64,000 bases of DNA. Source: Callorhinchus milii. Lineage: Eukaryota. The stretch covers positions 129,520,001-129,584,000 of the forward strand of contig NW_024704742.1 in the NCBI RefSeq assembly GCF_018977255.1, read 5' to 3'. Below are positions 25,915 through 38,712 of this stretch, piece after piece (positions within the stretch are counted from its first letter, which is position 1; every line of letters begins with the position of its first letter). The notes under the pieces were generated by a model. The model made no database searches and had not been told where the DNA came from. It was given only the letters and a program-made list of their open reading frames with translations. A program made the translations under genes and the position numbers.

Positions 25915-26248
25915 GGAGTCCTGTCGCTCAGTGGTTAGAGCACTCGCTTTGCAAGTGAGAGACCTGAGTTCAATTCCAGGCACAGGGCGAAACCTTGGGC
26001 AAGTTTCCTTACTCCACACAGAGCCTAATAATAATCCCTCCAAAACTAAAAAACAATAATTAAATTGGTCATTTTCAATCTACGACTGTTTGTGGGACAT
26101 TGCTGTGCGCAATTGGCTGCCGCGTTCGCCCACAAATATACAGTCAATTCACTTTACAGTGTGTTCTGTGAAGCGCTTTGGGACGTCCTCCCTACGTGAA
26201 AAGCGCTATATCAAATGCAAGGATTATTATTATTATTATTATTATTAT
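25915..26248 (+). mobile_element. Full-length young tRNA-derived SINE
   Basis: Near-identical to the reverse complement of 22552-22859; long (TTA)n tail. Confidence 0.93.
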
Positions 26249-26295
26249 AAGAGAACTTTTCCCTGGTGCCCTGCACAACAATCTCCCAAATATAA

Positions 26296-26553
26296 ACAGA
26301 ACTCACTGAGTACACTTAGCAGGTCAGGCAGCATCTATGGAGAAAGTAAAGTGAGTCAACATTTCGAGTCCACAACCCTTCGTCAGAACACAGCCACCAA
26401 TTATATTTGGGGGAATTAAAGGTTCTGACCAAGGGTCACGGACCCGAAACTTTGCCTCATTTTCCTTTCTCCGTAGATGCTACCTGATCTGCTGAGTGTT
26501 CCCAGCAACTTCTATTTTTGTTTCAGATTTCCAGCATCTGCGGTATTTTGTGT
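26296..26553. mobile_element. Penelope-like element terminal repeats in inverted arrangement
   Basis: 26310-26389 is the reverse complement of 26422-26503; GTTCTGAC.AAGGGTC...CCGAAAC core; 16-bp flanking direct repeat. Confidence 0.7.
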
Positions 26554-27156
26554 TTAATCCCCCAAATATAATTGGTGACTGTTTCATGGCTGTTTATGGG
26601 GCATTGCTGTATGCTAAATGGCCACTTCATTCGCCTATACATAGACAATCACTATACTTCACAGTACAAATCCTTGATTCATGTAACTTAATGACACATT
26701 CTTCAAATCAGATGAATAATTTCAGCCCTCAGCTCTCTGCAATGCCCTCTCTCCCCCTTCACCCTGCAGAAGATAATCTGGAAAAGAGGGTAAATCTTAC
26801 TCCCCTTTAATACAGGCTCTGTATCCTTGACAATATTCCATCAGTTCCCCGGAGGAAGATAATTTGCCCTTCAGTTTTATTCCAGACCAGTCCTGCTCAT
26901 TTACACTAAATTTTATGAAGCGCTTTAAGACATCTCAACGATGCAATAAGGAGCTGCTATATTATATGCAAAGATTATTATTATGACTGTGAATGCATTG
27001 CCGGAAGCTGCAAGTTGTCGATGAAGGACCCGAACTTGCCAAAAACAACTGAAAACTTTTAAACAGTAAGAAGCTCAATTAAATATGCCTTTAACACAAA
27101 GTATATCGCTAGAGGTAAAGAACGGAATGCACCAGATATGATATTCACACGTAGAA

Positions 27157-27622
27157 GACAACAACAACAAGATTCCATTTATAGAGCGCCTTTCACGTCG
27201 GGAAGACGTCCCAAGGCGTTGGACAGTTGGGTCAGGACCCGAGCAGGGGGAAATGGTCAGGGCGAGGGGAAAGAAGGGAGTGGGAGGGTGTAGTGAGTCG
27301 AGAGGGGAGCTGAAGGCACGGTCAAAGAGAAAGGTCTTGAGACCGGCCTTGAAGGAGGAAAGGGAGGAGGCGGCGAAGGCACTGGGGGATGGAGTTCCAG
27401 AGCTTAGGGGCTGAGAGGCTGAAGGCCCGGCCACCGATGGTAGGGCAGTTAGGGTGGGGGATGTGGAGCAGACCGGAGCCAGAGGAACGGAGGCTACGGG
27501 CAGGTAATTAGGGGGATAGCAGGTCGGAGAGGTAGGAGGGAGCAAGGCCATGAATGGCCTTGTAGGTGAGGATGAGGATCTTGAATTCGATCCTCTGGGG
27601 GATGGGGAGCCAGTGGAGCCAA
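27157..27622 (-). mobile_element. L2 LINE 3' end (young)
   Basis: [14 protein letters not shown]; intact tail stem-loop. Confidence 0.9.
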
Positions 27623-27953
27623 AGACCCATTGAGGATGAAAAACCACCTCATTCTCTCCACCACCACCCTTCCATTATTCATAAGTTATTTCTGTCCCAC
27701 AATCTTCTCTCTGATGCAAAAGGTGATTTGCTGCTATGTAGTGGTCCAGCAAGCAAAACAGGCAACACAAGCAGACAACAAATACAATCTGAACTCAGGG
27801 TTTCAGTCTTCCAGGTACTTACTGCTTCACACAGCTATGTGCTACAGGTTAAACAAGGGACCAGCCAGCATTAACAAACAAGGAAAAAGGAAATATGCCT
27901 GTTCAGTGCATCTTGCAGCAATATAATCAGGCCTGTTACCTAGCTGATCATAC

Positions 27954-28033
27954 CTCATCCCGTATTTATGCAAGTCCAAACAATGAAAGTGAAAATATTT
28001 CAGGTTTGAAGGTCCCCTATTATTACACATTAC
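27954..28033 (-). other. Candidate 5'UTR exon of the ACSBG-like gene
   Basis: Acceptor gtgtttcacag| and donor GAG|gtatga in unique sequence; splice-signal evidence only. Confidence 0.25.
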
Positions 28034-28879
28034 CTGTGAAACACATTGTTACATATTAACTATAAAATATAGCACATTGCCTATTTGTGTCACAGGTTGA
28101 AAACAAATAGCAAGAAGTGTCAAAAACAGCCAGTCACGAAAGGGCTCCTTACTTTTAACCATAAATTTTACAGCCTCTGCTGTAACCCACACTGTAATGT
28201 TAACAACTGCACCCATTCCAACTCACAATTCCAAATATTCCTGGGTCTGGTATAAGCATTGAACTAAATCCTAAATGGTTATTTTCATTAGGGTTATGTC
28301 AAGTTACTGAGTCACTTTAAGGAGAGGTAAACAGACAGAACCAAAAAAATCCAGGTGTACAAGCTTCTGAGTGAGCTTTATCCAACCACCTGGTAGCTTA
28401 GGGAGGGAGGAATTCCTAATGTTAGACAGAGCATGTCAAAGTGAGAAGACTTTGAACTAACTGCAGCCCTTTTTGAATTAGTACAGCTAATTATTCTATT
28501 AAACAAGCAAGCTCCCTGGCACTCAGAACACATGCAACTTAGCAACAGCTGAAGCCCTCACTCGAAACACAGAAATTTCACATAACGTCAGAAGCGCACT
28601 AAAGAAAGAAGGTCATTTCAACCTGTTCACCAAAAACAATGGACTTTGATTAATAATCCTTGCATTTAGCTCAGCACATTATCATGTTGTCAAAATCTGT
28701 CAACAGCAACAACTTGCACTCACACAGTCCCCTTCACTCGCAGCTTCACACCGAGCCGGGAGAAAAGGGAGGTGATCAAACAAAGACACAGTTGAAGAGA
28801 AAAGTCTTCAGGTGTGATCTGAAGGCAGGCAATGAGGGGGGCAACAACATCAACAATGACCACTTGCATTTATATAATG

Positions 28880-29233
28880 ATAATAATAATCCTTGCTTTT
28901 GATATAATGCCTTATTGTGTCTTCGAGACGTCTCAAAGCACTTCATAAAATATACGTTAAAGTGAGTTAGTTGACTGTATATTTTGTATGAGAAACACAG
29001 GAGCCAATTGCGCACAGTAGTGTCCCACAAACAGTTGTAGAATAACCAATTTTTTTTAAGAAGGAATTATTACCCCTGGAAAAGCGATCTGCCAATTGAC
29101 TAACAACGTTTCCTGCAAGGTAAACAAAGGCATATGGAGTAAGGAAACTTGCCCAACGTTTAGCCCTGTGGGCATTGAACCCAGGTCTCTTGCTTGCAAG
29201 GTGAGTGCTCTAACCACTAAGCCACAGGACTCC
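28880..29233 (-). mobile_element. Full-length SINE, older subfamily
   Basis: GGAGTCCTGTGGCTTAGTGG head to (TTA)n tail. Confidence 0.88.
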
Positions 29234-30639
29234 ATACAGCGCCCTTCACACAGGGTAGCATCTACCAAAAGAGGTTCTTCATCCAGATCAATCTTGTGAG
29301 TTCCCAATTTAGCTGTGAATTTAGCTTCAGACAGGCATTGGTTGTTGCAGACACTGAACACAAGGGAAGAAGAAGAAGAAGTCTGCAGGTTGATCATTAA
29401 AAGTTACCGGAAAACGAGGGAAAGTGTTTGCCACACAGAATCCAGGACCCCATCCAGACTTTCCATCTTGTTTTCACAAAGAGCACATTTCATAACATTC
29501 TCAATGCAGAATGCAATGGATGAGCCGGGTTACAACACAGTAAAAGCATCCAAGGAATTTGCAGCAGAATTTGAAAAACAGTAGCTCCAGCGATCTGTAA
29601 CACGAGACTACAATTTATTGTGTGTTGGTTATTGAAGCCAGCTGCAGCTCTAAATATAGATAACAACGCCTTCCACCCCATCAACAGATTGCACAATGCA
29701 ACGTGGTATTTAGTTACCAGTAATTAGAGCTGGTTTGAAAACAAGTTTGCAGGCAATTATTAGTTAGTTGAACTAACACCAGACGAAACATTAAACTGAG
29801 GTTTTGTCCATCTGTTCAGGTGGAGGTTAAAGACCCCATGGCACTATTCGAATAGAAGTTTCTCCTGGTGTCCTGACCAGCAATCCCCTGGATAACACTG
29901 CCCGCCCCACCTCGGCCTCGTCAATACGCAAACTCTGATGGATCTCAAGAGGAGGGTAGGGTGGTCATCTTTGAAGCTGGCATGGAGCCTATGCAATGAG
30001 AAGGAGGAAGGGGCAGCCATCTTTGACCTTGGCCCAAGGCTATGACTGTCTTAAAGAGCACTGACCACTCACCCACCAATTCCCCTAACAATATGTTTTC
30101 ACACACTGCCTATGCACCTCACCCTACATCTGTGACCTCCTTCAACCAACTCATGCACCAGTCTCGGAAGAGTTAAAGTAAACAGGAATGAATGTCAGAC
30201 GTACGAGACTTCAAAAGCATGCAGCAAGTTGCCATTCTCAGCAGAATGGAGTGTTCCCTCCTCCTTCTCTTAAAATATATATCATTTATATTTACACATT
30301 TATTTACTTAAGTGAGATAACCCTTGAGACAATGATGTTGGACCGCATCATTGTCTTTTCCAGTCCTGCACATTCACACGTTTCAAAACTGCAGCTTGCA
30401 GCTAATTCTGAAAGTCACCTACTGAAACAGGGCATAATTGTTGAGGAAGAAAGAAACTGGCGATTTGTGGAATGAAGGTTACTTTGCAAAAAGTTTCACT
30501 CAGCTGTAGAGGCACTGTGTGAAGAGCAATGAGGGTGATTCCCACTGTAAAGAGGAATCAGCTATGAGCAGCGATTAGACAAGACAGGGCTCTTCAGTCT
30601 TGAGAAAAGATGTCTCAGATGGGATACAAACAAACAACA

Positions 30640-31092
30640 ACATAACATGTAGGAGCAGGAGTAGGTCATTCGGCCCTTCGAGCCTGCTCCGCCATTCAGT
30701 CATGGCTGATATTCTAATCTAACTCCAGCTAATAACCTGACCCTGCCTTATCCCCATATCCCTTAATCCCTTTTGCAATAAGAAATATATCTATCTCAGT
30801 CTTGAATATGTTCAAGGACTGAGCGTCAACAGCCCTTTGGGGTAGCGAGTTCCATACATTCACCACCCTTTGAGTGAAGAAGTTCTTCCTCAACTCAGTG
30901 CGAAAGGGCTGGCCTCTGATTTTAAGGTTGTGACCCCTGGTTTTAGTTTCTCCAACCAGGGGAAACAATCTCCCACTATCTACTCTATCATGCCCTTTGA
31001 TGATCTTATAGGTTTCTATAAGATCCCCTTTAATTCTTCTATATTCTAGAGAATATAGGCCCAAATTGGTCAGCCTATCCTCATAACTCAAC
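30640..31092 (-). mobile_element. CR1 LINE 3' end (young)
   Basis: ORF 30729-31151 LSYEDRL..LGLYSLEYRRIKGDLIETYKII...TRGHNLKI, uninterrupted. Confidence 0.93.
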
Positions 31093-34000
31093 CTTACTGC
31101 AGATAATGTGACTCCACTTTGCCCTTTCTCCCAGTTTGTTGCGCAAACCACAGCAATTTTAAATTACATCCATCTCTTTTCCACAAGACAACATGCCAAT
31201 TATTTTATCTGTCAAATTCTTGCAGCCGTACAGCAAACTGGAGGCACTAGTTAGCCTGTCTAACCTCGCAGGAGTCATTCCCACTATATGCTTGGTAAAA
31301 TACCACAACCCTACCCACCATCAATCATTCACAAAATGACTTTGACACAATGTCTGTACAATACAGTACAATACAATGTCTGTGACAAATTGTTAAGAAA
31401 ATTAAACACACGCAAATTTTAAACCAGAGTTATTGTTGAATCCTGCCTTTTGCTAACCGTTGATCTCCACCAAGGCAGAAGTTGAGGCAGTCTCTCACAA
31501 TGATGGAGCACTTCCCTAGTGTTGCACTACATGTCAGTCTGCACTGTGCAGTCAAAGTTCCAGTGCATGTCTTGAACCCACAACTGTCTTGACTTTTTGG
31601 CGGGTCAGTTGGGTGTCTGACACAATGCGGAAACCCTTCACCGTCCTTAAGAGCATCCAAACCAAACCGAGAATTCCATATTCAGAACTCCAAGAAGAGC
31701 CCACTTAACAACCGCCCCCATCTCCCCAAGCTAGGTACCAGGAACTCCTTGAGAGCTCAGCAAGAAATGCGTGAGAGCATTGCCACCATCTTCCTGTCCT
31801 CAGTTCAGAGACACGTCCCTTCCCATTGAGCAATGGTTCCACCAGTTGGATGTGCAGAGTTGAAGCAGCGGCCGCTTGCCTCTCTATGAGCCAGTCACGG
31901 TGGATTCCAGACCCTGGATGTACTAACGTGTGTCACAAACTGGGACTCCAGGTAATGCCTTCCAGCAGCTGTTGCCCCATTCCTCAGAGTTTCCTCATAA
32001 GCTATCTGGCAGTCATCTGGCTTCAGCGTGATGGAAGGACCTTTACAGACTGTCTTGACTCAGAGGCGAGAATGGCAAAAACTGAGCCAGACAACACCCT
32101 GATCATTTATAACTGAGAAGTAAGAGAACAAACTTGTTTTTACAAGGAATGAAATCCATCCTGTGTTAATATTAGGGTGGCACACTGCGTTCGGAATCAC
32201 AGACAAACCACAGATACCATAAATCACAAGATAGGTTCCAAAGAATGAGGCCTTGAGCTAATCTGATCTCATCCTTCCAGAATATCCTAGTCTACCGTCC
32301 TCTCATCACAGCATCAAGCTGTTTTTTTACACGAGTTTCAGCCTTACTGTTCTTGGTAACTGGTTCCAGCTGTTAATTATTGTCCCAGGCTCCCCAAGCC
32401 TATCACCCCATCCTTGCTCAGCTCCATTGGCTTCACAGCCAACCAAATTCAAAATCCTTTTTCCTTTCTTCAAATCCCTCCAAGGTCTTGCCCCACTCCA
32501 TCTCTGCAACTACCACAACTTAATCCACGACTATTTGTGGGACACTACTGTGCGCAAGTGGCTGCCTCGTTTCACATACAAAACATACAATCAATTCACT
32601 TTACAGTATATTCCATGAAACGCTTAGAGACTATATCAAACGCAAGGATTATTATTTCCAACCTGGCCCCACCATTTGCTCAACGAACACCCTTTGACCA
32701 CGCGTTTGGTCATCTTTCCCTATCTCACATTCTTCAGCTTCCAGCCCCAGCTCAGGTGCCCAGGCCATGCGTGTCAAGCACTTTGAGCTGTCCTCCTGAG
32801 GTGAAAGGCACTATTTCAATGTAAACTCCACCAATTGCATTCATTTCCCTCTGAGCAAAGAAAAACTTTATGCTATCCGTCCTGAAATTGCTCTTTACAA
32901 CTCTAAACCTATGTCCTATCGACTATCTTGGTGCATCCTAAAGTATTTATTTGGTTTGTATCCCATTAAATCCCATTTAAAAATGTTATACCTGTTCGGT
33001 CACGGAAGCAGATACAGACAAGCAGTCTAGGACACTACCCTGCGTGAGGGGCACCATATAAATGTAAGTTGTTGCTGTTATTGTACACCTCTATAATATC
33101 CCTTAAGATGTCTTTGCTTAAGACTGAACAGCCTCAGCTTATCTAATAAGCTCACAGCTCATTCATCCAACACTGGGGAGCATCTGCATTGTTCTCTCCA
33201 CTTCTTGGGGCTTGGGCAGTCTCCTAGGTAATATCTAAGAGCTGATGTACCCTATTTCTACCAATCTCCCAAACTAGGCTACTTTTATAATACTGATTTG
33301 ACTGCAAAGTATAGTCCAGGCTTCCCCAAAATTACAGCTGATTTACAGCAAACAGACAGACACAAACACTGTAAAATGTTTGACATGTCAACGACCTGAT
33401 AAGGCTAAATGAAATGCAAGAATTATTTCTTTATTATCAAGGTTTCTGCAGTGAACAACACTGAGTTGGGGAGAGGAGAGAAGCACTTGGCTACATTCCG
33501 AACCTTTAGATCAGTCTGCAATCTGAGGTTCTTTATTATTTAAATGAAAGTATGTAAATACTCCTCATATGAACCGTGCCGCAGGTGATGAATGTTGGAG
33601 AAGATCAGTAACACTTCAGTATGTCGAATTGACAAATGCACAGTGCAAAATCACCATTTTGCCCAAGGTGCAAGTCGTACATTTTTTCCGCACGATAAAG
33701 AAAACCTTTCACGCTTTAAACCTAGAAAATGTCATGGGACATTTTTTCTGCCACCCTTGCAGTTTCCCAATCAGACAGAATGGGTCTGCATCGGTTCAGA
33801 TTAACAAAACCTGCTAAAGCACAGAGTTTCTCTCCATTCTCTGCCCCTAAAATAGTTAAAAAATTGACTTTTGTGGTTGAAGTTTTGAAGATTTTCTACA
33901 CTTGCTATCAAACCCAGATTGCTACTATCCTGCTTGCTGCCTCCGCTCAGCGGGCTCCAGCCTGCTTCATGTCCCTTGCTCGCTCACTCCACTATTGGAG

Positions 34001-34587
34001 GACGGGCCTTCTGCCACTCTGCCCCCACTCTCTGGAGCTCCCTCCCGCAGTTCCTCCACCTCATCCTCTCCCTCGCCTCCTTCAAGACCCAACTCAAGAC
34101 TCCCTGCTTCCCCCTCACCCCCAGCTCGGGTCTGAAAAACTCTGAATGTCCAGGGCCTTGTGATGTCCTCCCAACGTGAAAGGCACTTTACAAATGTAAT
34201 TTTGTTATTGTTATCTTGTTCTTGTTGCAGACTGATCTAAAGGTTTGAAATGGAGCACAGTGCTTCTTTCCTCTCCCTACCTTAGTATTATACACTCCCT
34301 ACCACGGTGTTGTACACAGCGCCTAGGATGTCCTCCCGACGTGAAAGGTCCTGTACAAATGTAATTTTTGTTGCAGTTGTATTGTTGTAGCAGAAATGCA
34401 GATTGAACTTGCCTCAAATACTTCCCCATGTTTCAGTGTCCCAACCACTCCAAACCCAGCCTCCGAATAGCTAACCTCAGCAATTCATTATTTCAAATGC
34501 ATTGATTATAATTAATTACTATTATTAAAAATATTGTGCTCCTGATTAGGTGACAGGACCAGAAACGATTTGAAATGTTGTCCTTAA

Positions 34588-35640
34588 AACAACAACAACT
34601 TGCGTTTATACAGCGCCCTCCAAGTTGGGCAGCATCTCAGAGCGCTTAACAATGGTGGAGCCCAAGGCCGAGCCAGGGGGAGGGGAATGTGACCGTAAGC
34701 GCAGTCAAAAAGGAAGGTCTTCAGGTGCGACCTGAAGATGGAGAAGGAGGAGGTGAGGCGAAGGGGTTGAGAGAGGCAGTTCCAAAGTTTCGGGGTGTAG
34801 TGGCTGAAGGCACGGCCACCGATGGTGGAGCGGAGGATTCGGGAGACACGGAGGAGGCCGGACCCAGTAGAGCGGAGCCAACGGGTAGTGCTGTGGTGAG
34901 AGAGGAGGTTAGAGAGATAGGAGGGTGCCAAGGAATGGAGGGATTTATATACTAGAGTGAGGAGCTTGAAGTTGATCCACTCTATGACACGGAACCAGTA
35001 GAGATTGGGAAGGACTGGAGTTACCGGGGTACGAAGTTTGGTGCATGTGAGAATGCGGGTGTCAGAGTTTTGAATGAGCTGAATTTTGTGAATAGTGGAG
35101 GAGGGGAGACCGGCGAGAAGGGCGTTAGAGTAGTCCAGCCGAGAGGTGATAAAGGCATGGACAAGGGTTTTGGCAGCTTTTGGGGTGAGTTACTGTCGGA
35201 GATGGGCAATGTGGCAACGGTGGAAGAAAGTGGTGCTGGTCAGAGACCAGATGTGGGGGGAGGAAGGATAACTGGGGAATGAACCTGATGCCTAAATTGT
35301 GCATAGGTTTGGAGAGTTTTAAGAATAGGTCGGGTAGGTTGAGGAGGTCGTAACCATGGGACAGAAGATGTCAATGGGAGCCAAAGAGTATGGTTTCCGT
35401 CTTGTTGAAGTTTAACCGCAGGAAATTTGCGTTCATCCAGCTCCTGATGTCCAACAGACAAGATAACAGAACATCAGGGGACTGGGGGTCACAGCTGGGG
35501 GTGGAAAAGTAGCGTTGAGTGTTATCCGCATACATGTGAAGGTTAACCCCGTGTCTGCAGGTGACATCATCGAGAGGCAGCATATAGATGAGGAAGAGAA
35601 GGGGGCCAAGGATGGATCCTTGGGGTACCCCGCAGGTGAG
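34588..35640 (-). mobile_element. L2 LINE RT C-terminal half to tail
   Basis: CGVPQGSILGPLLFLIYM, HMYADNTQ, WMNANFLRLN. Confidence 0.92.
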
Positions 35641-36554
35641 CATCAGAAACTCCTGCTCCCAACTTCAGCAGTGCTGAGCTCATGTTTGACAGTCAGACAA
35701 TTCCAACAATAATAATGAATTAGTTAAAACGTTGATTTTCGTATTTGAAGTTTTGAATACTTTCTACACTGCTGTGCGCAATTAGTACCCGTGTTTCACC
35801 CACATATATACAGTCAATTCACTTTATAATATACTCTGTGAAGCACTTTGAGGTGTCTCGAAGACTTGAAAAGCACTATATCAAATGCAAGGATTATTAT
35901 TATTATTAATACTTCTTGCATTATCAAGTCTTTGAGATTTCTCAAAGCACTTCACAGATTATACCGTAAACTGAAAAGACTGTATATTTTGTGAACAATG
36001 AAACAGAAACAGTGGTAAGAAAAAAGGGAGGAGCAAATTGTTGAACTCAATCCTGACTTTTGAAATCAGTTTACTGTAAATTTCTTAAAAGAAACCCACA
36101 GAAAATCAGCTTTGAAACATTGCCAAATTCTGAACACCCTAAAACGTGACATTAATAGAGTGACTATAAACCCAGATGCAATTGTTCCCAAACATTGCCT
36201 TGAGGGGGATGGAATGAACGAGATAAGTCACAAAAAATCTTTCTTTTGCACTCATGTTCATTCATCAGTGTCCTGCCCATGTTGTGACAAGTGCTGAACC
36301 AAACATTTTTTTTCTTGATCTCACTGCTGTTGAGCACCAACAGGTGTGAAACCCCCAACCCAGGTTTAGTTCATTTGGATTATCTTTTATCATTCCCCGA
36401 TCAAGACAGTGTAATCCTGATAGCTCCTGCAACACTTTGCACTCTATGCATTTTTTATATTAGAAGAAATTTGACACTCGTAATCCTAATGAAATGATAA
36501 AAGAGGACATTCTTGACAAACTTGAATTCTTAGTGGAACAAAGGATAAATAGCC

Positions 36555-36790
36555 CAGCTCAAGTGGTAGCACTTTCGCCTCCGAGTCAGAAGATTTTGGG
36601 TTCAAGCCCCATGTTGGAACTCACAGTCTCGTCTGATATTACAATGCAGTCCTGGGGGTGTACTGCATTGTTGGAGGTGCTGTCCTTTGGATGAGACATT
36701 AAACAGAAGTCCTGTCTGCTTGTTCAGGCGGATGTTAAAGAACACGTGGCACTACTCAAAAAGAGAAGGAAGTTTCTCCCTGGACAACAA
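36555..36790 (+). mobile_element. Deu-domain SINE
   Basis: tRNA head plus GGAGGTGCTGTCCTTTGGATGAGACATTAAAC core. Confidence 0.75.
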
Positions 36791-37109
36791 TCCAGCCAGT
36801 ACTCATAAGCCCTTTGATACAGTCAGACTGGATGGCAAAGTGCTTCATAGGATTTACTGTAAATCCAGTGTATTGACTGTGTACTTCATAGGGTAGCATA
36901 GGTGAACATTGAGATGCCATGAATGAATATTTGAAACTCTTTCACCCATGCCCCAATCCCTTCATTGAAATGTAGAATTTGTAGTCGGTACTGAAGTCCC
37001 AGTTTTATACTGCCTTATTATTCTTTACAAACTTCCCATCCATAAAAAAGGAAACATAAAATTGTCAATGATATATTGTAAAGGAGAGTAAATCACACAA
37101 TCACTATGT

Positions 37110-37965
37110 GCAAGAGGACAGAGACAGACTGGTGAAATGGGCGGACAGGTGGCAGATGAAGTTTACTGTGGAGAAATGCAAAGTGATGCATTTTGGGAGG
37201 AAGAATGAGGAGAAGCCATATAAGCTGATGGTACAATCTTAAAGGGGGAGAAGGAACAGAGAGATCTGGGGGTTCATATAAGTAAATCTTTGAAGGTGGC
37301 AGGACAGGTAAATAAAGCTGTTAAAAAAGCATACGGGATACCAGGCTTTATAAATAGGGGCATAGAATACAAAAGTCAGGAAGTTATGATGAACCTTTAT
37401 AAACCACTGGTTAGGCCTCAGCGAGAGACTGTGTTCAGTTCTGGGCACCACACTTTAGAAAGGATATCAAGGCATTGGAGAGGAGATTTATCAGGTTACC
37501 AGGAATGAGGGGCTTCAGTTATCAGGAGAGGCTGGAGAAGCGAGGATTATTCTCCTTGGAGCAGAGAAGGTTAAGAGGAGACTTAACAGACATTTTCAAA
37601 ATTATAAGGAGAGTTAATAGGGTGAACAACGAAAAAGTATTTCCACTGGCGGGTGGGTCGGTAACCTGAGGACACCAATTTTAAAATAGTTGTTAAAAGA
37701 AACAGAGGGGAGGTGAGAAGAATTTTTTTTTCACACAGCGATTTGTTCGGATCTGGAATGCATTGCCTGAAAGAATGGTGGAAGCCGATTTGATAACAAC
37801 TTTTAAGAGAGAAGTAGATAATTATTTGGAGAGAGCAAGTTTGCAGGGCTATGGAGAGAGAGGGGGAGTGGGATTGATTTGGAAGCTCTTTCCAAAGAGC
37901 CACCAGAGACACGATGGGCCGAATGGCCTCTTTCTGTGCTGTATAATTCTATGATTCTATGATTC
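37110..37965 (+). mobile_element. CR1 LINE 3' portion
   Basis: RGIEYKSQEVMMNLYK.LVRP, GLFSLEQRRLRGDL, (ATTCTATG)n tail. Confidence 0.92.
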
Positions 37966-38099
37966 AAGTTCCTCTTAGAATTCGTAAAAAGGAAAAGATT
38001 TTCTGAGCCAGTTATTCAAGATGGTTTAGCAACTAAAAATAAGTCTTGACCTCACCTCCTTACCCCCTCCCATGACACAGATTGTAGATCCACTGCAGT

Positions 38100-38712
38100 G
38101 GCTCACACCATGTACCGGTACTGCCTTCCCCTACACCCACTGCAACATTGTCTGCCTCCATCACTACCTCTCCCCTCAGGCCACCTAGACCCTTATCCGT
38201 GCTTTCGTAACATCCAGGCTCGACTATTCCAATTCCCTGCTTGCCAGTCATCCCAACTCGTTCCTCCACAAGCAGCTGATTATTCAGAGCTCTGCAGCGC
38301 ATGTCCTCTCCCACATTAAACTCCATAAGCCAATCACCCCCATCCCTGCTTGACTTCACTGGCCCCCATTCCCCAGAGGATCGAGTTTAAAATCCTTGCT
38401 TCACCTTTAAAGCCCTCCACAGTCTTGCTCTGCCCTACCTCTGTGACCTCCTAAAACCCTACCAACTACCAAACTGCCCATTCCTTCCGCTTGGCGGGTA
38501 CTGGCCTGCTCCATGTCCCCTGATCTGCCCACTCCAGCATCGGAGGTCTGGCCTTCGACCACATCTTCGGTCATATTCCCATCACCATTCATTTGCCCTC
38601 CATCCCTCTTGACTCCAGCCTGCAGCTCGCATGCAAACCTTTGACTGTTGAATGCCTTGGGACGTCCTCCCAACATGGAAGGTGAATATAAATACAATTT
38701 GTTGTTGTTGTC
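38100..38712 (+). mobile_element. L2 LINE 3' fragment
   Basis: Similar to 19330-20012. Confidence 0.8.

Larger units (their letters stand above)
25740..26985 (+). mobile_element. Deu-domain SINE interrupted by a young SINE and a Penelope-like insertion
   Basis: Deu core at 25790-25880; body resumes at 26250-26295 and 26556-26670; tail at about 26915-26985. Confidence 0.6.

Noticed and set aside
25915..25990. tRNA-Ala(TGC)-like sequences (also about 22785-22859, 1234, 29160-29233, 40192, 54951)
   Set aside because: The acceptor stem does not close and each continues into the SINE body, so these are SINE heads, not tRNA genes.
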